Source: Candidatus Omnitrophota bacterium (GTDB lineage Bacteria; Omnitrophota; Gorgyraeia; Zapsychrales; JANLHA01). Taken from it: a stretch of DNA of 32,000 nucleotides. Where the stretch lies: the NCBI GenBank assembly GCA_963662715.1, contig OY759724.1, positions 1,200,001 to 1,232,000 of the forward strand, given 5' to 3'. The position numbers and the translations under genes were made by a program. Below the pieces are notes generated by a model. The model searched no databases. It saw only the letters and a list, made by a program, of their open reading frames with translations, and was not told the DNA's origin. Of the stretch, positions 1 through 12,000 are shown in pieces; position 1 is the first letter of the stretch, and each line of letters opens with the position of its first letter.

Positions 1-3000
1 TCATATCTTCAAAGTTTTCTGTATATGGACCGACAATGACAGGTTTGGCAAAATTGGCAGGTTCCAGAGGATTGTGTCCGCCTAACGTATACCAGAAACT
101 TCCGGCAACAACGACGACACTGGCAATGGAATAGAGGGATTTTAATTCACCATACGTATCCAGCATAATCACCTGAGGAGGTCCGCGAGGATCTATGGAA
201 CTCAAAGCAGATTTGCGTATCGCCGGAATACCCTGCAACTCCAAATACCGCATAAATCCGTCAACATCAGCAAGATTGCGCGGAGCAAATATCAGTTTCA
301 CATTTTCCAATCCCGGACGGATAATCAATTCTTTATAGGCCTTGACCAATTCAACTTCTTCACGTTCATGAACACTTCCGTAAACAAGAATCTTATCTGT
401 TCGGTTTAATCCCAAATGTTTTAATAACTCTGTTCTTTCATCTTCCGATAAAGTAATCAGGGATGTGTCATATTTAATATTTCCAATAATGGAAATCCTG
501 TCGTCTCCGACCCCTCTCTGCTGCAGGAATTCTCTTGCAAGTTCAGAAACGGCACCGAAATGATCCGTCAATTCCACGAGTTTACGGCCGTAGAACCGAT
601 ATTTTACCCGAAGGACTTCACCAAGAGACTGGTCGTCCGACAAGAAAGAGTTGATCACGACCGTAGCCGCCCCATATTTTTCTTTGGCAATTCTAACGAA
701 TTTAGGCCCTAACCCTATAAACGATTCCTGGACGACGACATGAACCGGCCTGATAACTCTGAACAGCCGATTAACAGCGGACTTCATATCAAAGACATAC
801 GGAAGAACAACGATATCCTTATCAGCTAAACTCGCCATGTCTTTGACATTTTGGGTGCTGTTTGTCAGCAGGACAATACGATAATCCGGATAAGTCTGCT
901 GCAGAGCTTCTATCAGGGATATGGAATTAATAACTTCCCCGACACCGCAGGCGGAGACCACGATGGATTTCCTGTCGTCTTTGAATGTGGCCTTAATGTC
1001 TCGCGGGATATACCCAAAGCCTGCCGGAATATCGCTCCAGTGACGATGCTGCTTGATAAGATGTCGCACAAAATTCATGCTGTACAACGGGGCAAAAAGC
1101 AGGTCTTTAACGAAGAAGGTCAGCCTTGAGTCTCTTTCAAGCCATTTGGAACCCGTAACCGATACAATAACAGCCGCACATGCACTTCTGCCGGATTTCT
1201 TAATCATCTTGTAGGAATGATACATTCCCAAACGCAGGAGGGCATAGAAAGATTTTCTTTCTTGTCCGTTATCCTTCCCCTGCTTGACCGGGCTGGAAAC
1301 CTTGTTTTCCGGAGACTTAACGCGATAGTTGTACATTTCCGGAACATCATCCTGATCAATCCTTTCAAAAGAGTATCCTTCAGCCAGCATGGAGCCCAAC
1401 AAGACACCTTGTTCACCCCGGTCTTCCAGTAATTCGTTTTCAACGTAAAAGGTCACCTCTCCGTCTATGGAGAAATTGAGATAGATATTACCGAACGCTC
1501 TGTTAACATTGCCGTACGCATCCCACATCGGCAATGTCTCGATATCAAATTTCCGGCGAATAGTGTCCGCCTGCCCTTTGGTCCACTCGACAGCCCATTC
1601 CCAGACATTCTCATCCGGGATGCCGGTCTCTTCCTGGACAGCCTTCCAAATCCTGGACTGCAAGTCGTTAATAAGCGTGACGGTCTCCATTCCGTCATAA
1701 ACGTAGCGGATCACCAGATCTTTGTTCTGTAAGGTCCGGATGACATTGACGAACTCTTCCTGATACTTGGCCGTGACACGGGCTATCCTTTGCCGGCCGG
1801 CTTCTCTGTCAATATCCGCTTCGGACGAATACACCGCTTTGAAGGCATCATGATGCCAAACATGGAAACTCAGGTTGACCTGCAAATCAAACGGCAGGGT
1901 CGCCAGCCGTTCGGCCGCCTGCTGGGCCCGGCGGTCGTTCACCCTCCAGCCGTGTGTCACCAGCCAGACATCAAAGCCCCGTTTATGAATGGCATCCACG
2001 ACATCGGCGATATCCTTGCCCGAAGCCTCATCATAATAGTTCATCGGTTCAAGGTCCTGGCACACGGAAACACCTCGGACCAGACTGGCTCTCACCCAGT
2101 TCAGGAATTCCTCTTGCTGAGGCCCGGACAGAAGATCTTGCATCGCCTCTCTGATCACCGAATGCATGGCGATGTATGGATTCTGGTCACTTAATAAACG
2201 CGTCTGCCGGTATGTGCTGGCCTGTTCGATAAAGTCGGCAAACAGCTGCTGATAACGCTCATCAGTCTCCTCTAATAAGTAATCTATAAGCCATTCCTGG
2301 GTTTCCTGAGTCCAGCGGGCTTTCCTGAATTCCGCAATAAATTCTTCCCGGACATTGACAATAGAATCCAACACTTTTTCGATCTGTTCAAACGGCATCA
2401 CCCGTCCGTTCTTGGAGCTGCCGAAGAGACAGATCAGACAGCCGCGGTTACATCCCGACATAATCTGAATGACCGGAATACGCTTGCGGTAGAAACGGTC
2501 CAGGCGCCCGCCGAACATGATGTAGCCCTGCGGCGGCGTAAAGTAAACCTGGCGGATGGTCCTCTCCCAGACGTCTCCATTAACCGGGCTGGAGGACATG
2601 TTTTCGTTCTCTGACTGTTTCAAAGACAGCAGGACAAATATGCCGTCATCCGATAAATAGAAATCACTGTTGTCCGCTTCTTGCGTCTTCAGAGATTCTA
2701 TTAATTCCCACACGGCAATATGAATAAGATAGAAGTGATCCATGGAGATATCTGCCGGGAACATAACTTTTGAGGTTTCTGCCCAATATCGCTCATAGAC
2801 TTCTGGGAAGCGTTCCTTCAAATGACCCCTTGTGGCAAAGACCGGAACAAGGCCTTCAACGCCAATTTGATCGGCTGTATAATCAAGAATCATTTCTTCG
2901 GTATCCCCATTCTCCTGGACAACCAGCATGGATAAATAATAATGTCCGGCCCTGCGGCTGAAAAGCACCCGGGCATCGATACCGTCTTCTGCCAGGGATT

Positions 3001-6000
3001 CTCCCGCCAAGATGGACATGCTTTCACATCCTTTAGGATATACCGGGAAGTCCTCATGATAATAAGCGCGTTTGAAGTAAGCATGGCGCTGGATAAAATC
3101 TTGCATGCTTTCAATAGACACCGGTTGAATGGTTGCGGGCAGGACTCTCCCGCTGCTGACCGGGGAACTTGCGGCCGCAGAAAGCATAAATGCCTCTACG
3201 GTCTCTTGAAGGACGGTCTTGCTGTAGAAAGCCGTCAGGCTAAGACGGACCGTATTGCCTTCACGGATAAACAGTTTTTCAGGATCTTCGGCAAAATGAA
3301 CGATTCTTATCTGCAGGTCACCGAGGCTCAATCCCTTTCTCTCGACAACATTGCTGACAAAACCGGTCAGCAGCTTAAGTTCTTCCTGCGACACATAAGG
3401 TTTCCGGCTGGCAAGTTTATACGGATATTGACGTGACGGATTATAATCAACGACATGATGCGTAAACCCGGCTTTGTCCCGGATATGAGCCAGCAGGGCA
3501 TAAGCGCTGTCGTCCTGAGCCAACATGCGGATTCCTTTCCGGTCAATAACAGTTCTTAAAACGGCTTCCGTATCGTCATTTTCAATATCTGAAACGATAA
3601 TGGTGTTGACCGGCAAGTCCATCATATCCAAGAGCACGCTGTAAATACCCCGCCCGGCAACGTCGTTCAAATAAACCCAGGCATACAAAGCATTCATGCC
3701 GTTTTCGGAATAAATGCTGAATCTTGCCTCACCCGGGGCAACGCCGTAAACGCCTTCTCCGACATAAACCCTTAATTCATAATTATCCGATTCGGCGCGC
3801 ACCGGATAATCAAAATCATCTTTTCCGACGACATATTCTTCTTCGTTCAGGACATCGGCCATTTCATCAATGTCAATAACCCTCGGCTTACCCCGGACCT
3901 GATACTGTGTTGTCCACGCGCTGTTTTCAAGGCTTAAGACCGCAATATCCCTGTCTTTCCGCTCTGCCGGCATATTGTTTTTCCGGATGACCGGGCTGGA
4001 AGAGCCGGAAGACTCTCTTAAAATCTGTTCGGATAACATAACAGCCGGAGCTTCGACGCGGATAATCAGAGACTCGATTTCCTGTGCGGCGACCAATCCC
4101 TCCTTACTGCGCTGCTTGACGGAGAAGACCTCGTATTCTGTCACGGCCGGCAAGACCGTCTGACGTTCTTCCATGACTTTTCTTACAATATTGGCTGCTG
4201 TCGTAACGTTCTTAACGGCCAGGTAAGCCGTATCCCTTATTGATGCCTCCTCATGAATATAATCCTGAACCGTCTGAATATATCTTAAAGCGCCTTTGGC
4301 GGCTGTCGTCTGCCGGTGAACTGTATCCAGGAGGCTCCTGTGATAAGCCGTTGTGCCGGGCTGAATATTGAGCAGGTTCCAGGCCCGGGCAAGCGTCCCT
4401 TCCGATGTGTTATAAATCTCTGTGCCCTCGGCAAAAATCGTAGAGAGCGCCAGCATAATGCCGCCTTTATCTTCGACAGAGACGTCCCTGCCCCCGACAT
4501 TAATAACCTGGTACTGAATACGGCCTATGCGGGTTTCCATAGAACCCGTCATCAGGGCCGGATCCAGGGAGGAGGCATCGGCCACGATCACCACATCAAT
4601 ATCGTTCGGCTCTGTTGACCAGAGGCTGCTGCCAAAAGCATAGACCAGACGGATATAAGGAACCGCGGCCGCAAACGTTTCATGGACCATAATCTCTGCT
4701 GCTAACCAGGCCGAATCAATCGTCGCTCCGGCAGGAGTATGGATCATCACTTCGGTATTCACAACCGGGCTGCTGGCGGGTTCTCCACCCTCTTCCTGGC
4801 TGAGCAGAGCTTTTCTTTTTTCCGCTTCTTCAAGAATATTTTCCAGCAACTCGTGCAGACGACCGTATCCGAAATTGCGGGACGCCATATGATAGGCGGT
4901 CTTAACCATCGGCAGGGCTCTAACACGTCTGATCCGCTCCTCCTGGCTTTCCGCGTCTATGGCATTAACCAGCTGGATGACTTTCTGAACCGTCTGCCGG
5001 AACGCTAAATAATATTCCAGAGAATACTTCACATACTGCTCTATTTTTTCTTGAGACACTCCGTTAAATGACTGAAGGAAAAGCTTCTGCTTTTCAATCT
5101 CCTTCTCCGGGAAAAGAGGAAGTTCAAGGAAATGCTGCAAATCGACGGCTTTAACCTGATTAGGATTAATATTATATTCCATAAGAAATTCATCACTGAG
5201 CTGAGGATACTCAATAGCCTGGCCTTTCATCTGTTTCTTGATAAACACAGTATAAATTTGATACGGATACACGATAACCGGACGCTGGGCCGCAATTCCT
5301 TCGATCAGACCATTTCCAAAAGCTTCAAAGGTGGATGAATAACTGACAAAATCCAAATTGGCATAAACGTCTTCCAGAGAATAGACCTTATTGCCTTTTT
5401 TATCTTCTTTACGGCCGGCGTTAACCTGGACTCCCCTGCCTTCCAGCCAGGTCACGACCGCGACATCCTCCCCACCCCCATGACGCAACTCTAATCTGTC
5501 AATAAACCTCGCAAGTTTATCCTCATACGCATAATCCTTGCCGTTGAGTTGTCCTGTGATCAAAAGCTTGTAGCGGGCTGCCCGCGCCGGATCCATTTCC
5601 TTGATAAGCTTAAGAAGAAGAACCGGCAGTTCGAGGCTCTTCCTTTCAATAATTCTGATAACCGCTCCGATCACAATGTCATTCTCTTTCAATCCTAACC
5701 GGGCACGGAAATCACTATTAAAACTGTCTAATTCCGGAATGCCGGAGGCGAAGTTCCAGACATTCGGAACAATATGGTTTTGCTGCACAACGCGTTCAAC
5801 GTGTTTGATCAGTTGTTCCGACAATTGGTCCTTCCTGGCAGTCTTGTAAATCTTGGCCATGTTTGTCCAGCGGTCGATCAGCATCTTTCGGGCAATCGGA
5901 TTGATAAAGACCTGAATCACATTATCACCGTAAAGCGGGAAGGCCGTGTCCAGATAATCGCCAATAACGTCATTCAAACGGTTTTCCGGCTGATATCTCC

Positions 6001-9000
6001 GGCGTTCAAACCAGAAATCATGATTATGGTTAACAAAAAGGATGTCTTTTCTCTTGGCCGCAAGCTTGGCTGTTGCCACGCCTAACGGGATCTGCATCGG
6101 GATCGTATTGGCATTTTCAATCACCACCATGGATAATTGGTTGCGGTCAATCCATTTCTCCATGGCTGCCGCGATACGGTCGGAATAAGCTTCCACCAGT
6201 TCGGCCACAACCAGGTTGATCTTCTGGCGGATCAGGCGGAGGACTTTCTTGTTCTGAACAGTTTGTGTGTTTGCCTTAAGGTCACCCTGCTTCTCTATAA
6301 CATCAATGGCCTGCAGGATATCTTCTTTTTCACCCGACGCGAACAGATATTTCTCATTTTCAAGCACGTATTCAAGATCCGCTTTAACCTCGTCCATTGT
6401 TCCGAAATTGGCAAAGCTCAATCTTGTAATAATTAAATTAATCTTATTTTCATAAATGATATCCGGGTTAACGGAATAGTCGATATCCTTAATCCAGGAA
6501 TCCCCTCCGCCTATATAGGCATAAACACTCTTATGCATTTCCAGAAGAACATCGATCCACTTCTTGGTCTCTAAGGACACCCCGTCAAGGTTCCCCATGC
6601 GGTGTAACACAAAACCGACGCGGTCATGGGAGGCTGGACCAGCTGACTGTGTCACCGGACTTGAGCCAGAACCTTCTTTATCAGAAGAGACCCTATAAGC
6701 TCTCCATTCATGCCGCTTCAGGTTCCGCCAGGCATTGGTTGGTTCTATTCCTTCAGCGGAAACGGATAAAGCATAACCCTGTTGCTCAAGATGCTGTAAC
6801 TGGGTTAAGGTTCTTTCCTGCTCAACGCGTCTCTTGGCTTCATCAAAGGCGAACCAGCCGACCAGGAGCGTCGCTCCCTCGCGCAGCATGTCACCGGCCT
6901 TCCGGACCATCTGTTTCTTAACAGCGTCAGACAACCCGGGATAAGACAGCACTGACATCATGATCACCACATCGATCGAATCCCGTTCGATCTGCGCGTG
7001 TTCAAATAACGCACGGTCAATGGTCGGAACTTCAATACGGTATCCCTTTGCAAGGCTCTGTTGTGAAGCGAACGTCCTCCAGGTCTTGTTGACTTTTTTG
7101 TCCGGTTCATAAATAACAAGCTGTGCACCGGCAGACAGGAACATATGCTCCCACGGAACCCAGAATGTCTCGACATGATGCGCTCCCTTCAAGCTGATCG
7201 CATAATCACCCGGCCCCACAGAAACAACCCGGCTTTCCGGACCGATATTCAACTCTGTCACCAGTCTTCTCGCCTGCTCGATATGAATCAAGCGGCTGTC
7301 ATCTTCTTCCTCGTTCTTTACCGGAGAAGAGGTAACCAGCACTCCCGGCACAACCAGCGCAGCAACACCTGTCGCTTTGCCGTGCCCGGCCGGGAGCAAA
7401 ACGGATAGAATCACACGTCCAGACACACCCCTGAGTGATACACTTCGATCCTTCTCAAAGATGTTCCTTAAGACACTCTCTTCACTGTAAGCGATACGGC
7501 TTGTATTCCTGTCCGCTGTCATGCGGAAGACTTGCGCAACAACCTCTGTTAAGACGGCATACCATAACGGCTGCGGAGGACTTAAGCCGGTATGCATATA
7601 GTTCTTCCCGGAAGCCTTTACGGCTTCGAACATGTCCTTAAAGCGTCCCGCCAACATGCCGTAATCCAGGCTCGGAACGGCTGAGAGGAGCCCTGTCAGC
7701 AGGCGGCTGTAATCTATGAAAGCCAGTCCTTTGGGCAGGATATCGGTTGATGTTGTCACCGGAACAAACGGCTGGCCTTGCGGTGTTGAGCGGGCGGTCC
7801 GTTTCTGATTGATCGGTTGAACCGGAGCCTGCATCAGCTGCGGCCAAACAGCCGGAGATATCCAGGTCGGGACCAGAGGCATGATATCTTCTAACGGGAT
7901 TTCGATAACCGTCGGCAAGGCCGGCTGGTTATGGAGTTCTAAAATCGGCGAGGAAGCCGCGCCATCATCGGCTTTCTTTTCTGCCCCTTCAGTTGATCTT
8001 TTCGCTTCGGTCTCTTCATACAACCTGCGGGCTTCCTCACTGATTGTCACTTTATCCTGTATAGGCTCTATCTTCCGGCTCTTCTTGTCTTTTCGCTGCT
8101 GATCCTCTCGCTGTTTACGGTCTTTGTCCGTTCTGACGGTCTTATGCACCGGCTCGACTTTACGCTCAACCTTTTCAACCGGGCTGCTGGAATCTGCTTT
8201 ATTTTCGCTGTCCAGATCAGCTTCCCGTAATTCATAAAAGGTGTCAGGATTGATGCCCCAGTTGTTCAGGTAGCGCAACACACGCTGCCGCGGGGCATGC
8301 GTCCGGACCTGCAGGAGGTCTATCACTTCTTCATACAGTTTCACTTCTCCGCCCTTCACCGCCTCTACCACCAAGTCCCGGTTCTCTTCAAATATCTTCC
8401 GCTCCTGCTCATTCACGATAACGCTGTCCCTCACCGGCATCAGTTCTTCCGTCGGCTTCAGATGCCGTTCCACAGCGTTGATCACAGGCTTAAGCTCCCC
8501 TTCCGACACCTCGCTCACTTCCGCCACCGTCAGGGCTGACAGCTGCGCCAATCGCGGAACCGTCACGTTAATCCCTTCCTTCTTCAGCCGGATATACGCC
8601 GCTATGATACTCTGGGCTTTCGCCGACAATCCTATCGCGTCCCCGTAATACGCCAGGTCCTTCGCCGTCCTGATCGCGTTCTCTTCCACCAGCTCCTGCA
8701 GCACGTCCGCCTTCCTGATCCTTCTTTCCACCGGGCTCGAGCTCAGGTCCATCCGGGAAACCGGAAGTTCTTCACTCGAGAGTTCGACCATCAGGTCCCA
8801 GAAGTCCGGCATGATCCCTTCATAATCCGGATGGTCTGTCTGCAGCGTCTCATACGCCTCTTCCCCGATCTCCCGGAAATCCTTCATATCCTCCGCATCC
8901 AAACGGTTCACGTCAAACCATCTCTGACCTATGTACCCCCGGCTCTTCACGTCATAGCCCAGGATCCCCGCCAAGGTGATCTTCGCCTCTCGCGCCTTCT

Positions 9001-12000
9001 TCTCCCCGCGCGGATCCGCGTTCCACATCCGGCTCAATAACTCTCCGCTCTCCAGCACGCTCTTCGCGTCCTTCGGCGTCAGCAATGTCAGATACAGCCC
9101 TTCATTCCCTTCAAAATATTCATGCAGTTTCCTCGCATACTCCCCTTCCTTCGTCTGCGCCTTCCGCTCTGCTTTCGTGTACGAATAGTGCAGGTGCACA
9201 TACCCCAGCTCCTGATTCGCCTGCTGGTTCGCAAACATCTGGTTCGCCACATACAGCGGCGACGGATACGCATGCCGCGGCGTCCCAAACAGCTCAATAT
9301 TGATCGGCGCCCGCAGATACTTCACATCCGCCAGCTTCGGCTCCGGCTTGTAATACACGCTTCGTCTGAACATCGTCTCGATCGGCGTTGTCCGCACCTT
9401 ATCCCACAGCTCCTCATCCGTGATCCCGCCCTCCGGTACATTCAACGCCTTGCGCCAGTACAACGCATTTGTTGGCTCATCATACAGGTAATCCACAACA
9501 CTCCGACCTTCCGGCAGCACCAGCTGATGCGTCGGAATCCAGATATACCGGCTCGCACTGCTCCGCTCATCAAACGTGAACCGCACCGATGACTGCAGCT
9601 GCAGCCCCAGCTCTTCCCTGCGCTCTTCTCCGAAACCTCTTTCTTTCAACCCGGCATCCGTATAGGTCTTCAGGCCCGGGAACGCGAACGTCCAGCCCTT
9701 GTACCACCAATCCAGCGGCTTGACATCCATCCCCAGGATATGCGGCATGATAAAATGCGTGAACTGGTCACCCTTCTTTTTGGCGATGATATACGCCCCG
9801 AACTGGATCGGTTTGGCAAATCCTTTCACCTTGCGGCTGAACACTTCTTCGATCTCATTGAGCCGGTGCGGCCCGTTCCACGGCCGCGGACTAGTCTCCC
9901 TCTCTTCGATCGGCGAAGAAGTATGATTGTTCATCAAACTCTCTTGGAAGATCGGATTGATCCTCATCAGTTCTGCCCTAACCGCTTGATGCTTCATCTT
10001 AAACGGTATCTGCAGTAAGATATCAATAAAATCAGGTCTCAGAAAATATTGCCAAACGGCCGAATGATACTTCCCGGGGCTTTCATGAATTTGCAGGATA
10101 AAATCCCTCCAAGGAACAAATTGCATGCCGTTGACTTCTGCCGTTTCCACCCCTCTATTCAGCAGGGCTTCCTCTTCTTCAGTGATAATGTAAGAATATA
10201 AGAATGAGGTTTCTCTATTCATTCCTTTTGCCGATTCATAATAGAAAACATCTCCTTCATATTTCTGCGTCTGTTCGTATTGACGGCTTCCGATCTTATA
10301 GAACAGCTTATAAATCCTGTATAGCCGCAGGAAATCCAACGGCATAACGCCAAGTTCTTCCTGGAATTCACGCTGAATCGCCTTGATTCCAGCTTCCCCT
10401 ATCCGGGGATGTCCTGTGACAAACAAGCCTAAACGTCCCTGATAATCCTTTTCTTTGCGCTCCTGCAGGGCCAGGCGCTGTCCGTCTTCTGTAATGCCGA
10501 GGATGTGATCCGTTCGATGATGTGTGCCGTCTTGGTGCATAGACCTTAATGTCTTTGCGACGCCCGTGGTTTTCAACCCTGTCGGTTCAAGGACATCAGA
10601 AACTTCACCGATAACAGGGCGGAGGGCCAGGATCAGCTTCGTTAAACTGGATGTCCTGATTCCCAGCTTCCTCGCCAAATGACGCAAAACAACAGCATCC
10701 TGTTGACCAAATGCCTGAATAATTTGTCTCTTTAACTCAGCATCCGCCTTGACAGGACTTGAAATAGACTCTCTATTCAGGGCCAGAGCATCCCGTTTAT
10801 TATCCGTCATAGCGCTGCTTACGGCTTCTCTTCGATATCCGATATACGCTGCCGGTTCGCCGTCCACGTTAGACATCTTCAGGGCTTTTCTTAATATCCG
10901 GTCCATCTGAGTGGCGGATGTCACCCCGACCTCCCTGATAACCTGAGGTGTTACGCGGACAACTCGCCCTCTTTCTCCCTGCGTTTCTCTTTCAACCCAT
11001 TTCAAGACCTCACGTTCCCGGGCACCCAAAACCTGACCTTCCGGCTTCTTGGCTATCAGCTTTAACGCGTTCAGTTCAACGCCGTTGGTCACATCTTCCA
11101 CCAATAAAGCGCCTTCTTCCGGCAGGAGATACAGGACGGTGTTTTGATCCAGCTGCGCTAAGGCCTCTTCCTTCGTTAAGAGACGGGCATCAGTGTTCCG
11201 GTAAATGTTGCCCTTTAATCCGGCTAAAATCACCCGCGCTTCATAATGGCGCAAACCTTCTTCCGGCTCAATGCCGCGGGCCCATAAGATTTCATTCAAT
11301 GTCTGCCCTTTCTTCAAGGCATGAATCAGCTCCCGGTGAACAATCCCCTCTGTTCCTTCCCCAATCACCGAAGCGTCCTTGCGCATGCCAATGTCAGAAA
11401 GAGCATTTTCCGGATCATAATTATCACCGAGCACCAGGACCTCCTCAGGCCGGATATCAGAGAACCGGCGGTCGACATAATCCCATACCCGGGCTTTCGA
11501 GAGATGTTGCGCCACCACCCGTAAACGGTATGTGCCGTTGGTCACAACCTCGACAGGCAGGTCAGCCTCGGCAAAAGCCGTTCTCAGGACGTCGATAGCC
11601 ATGTCTCTTTGAAGTTCGCTGTCGTAATAAAGGGTGAAAATGCCGTCTTCTCTGTTTCCGATATGGCTCGGCCTTATCGTATCTAATTCCCAAATGATTT
11701 CCTGAACAACCTCGGCCTGTTCTTCCGTCAGAAGAGGTTCATAATCCGTCAATGGTTCCGTGCGGATTCCCCGGGCATCCGCCACGAGGCGGTAAGCCGT
11801 GTGCCCGGAAGCGGCGAAGAAGTAAATATTGTTTAATACAGATGTATCGATATCCTCAGCCGTTAAGTACTGGCGGATAGGCTCTAAGAAAAAGTATTCA
11901 ATTTCTTCAATGTTCTGCTGGGTCACCAGGCCGAAAATCACGCCGTTTAATAACTGCTCGACAACGGCCCGGATGACCTTGAAGCGAAGCGGCGTTAAGG

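Noticed and set aside
1121-1321. Operon of about 25 separate, translationally coupled genes instead of one ORF
   Set aside because: The junction between the radical SAM and WaaA-like modules was translated codon by codon and has no stop, start context or spacer. All other junctions keep the same phase. The ORF track would have reported an ORF ending at any in-phase stop.
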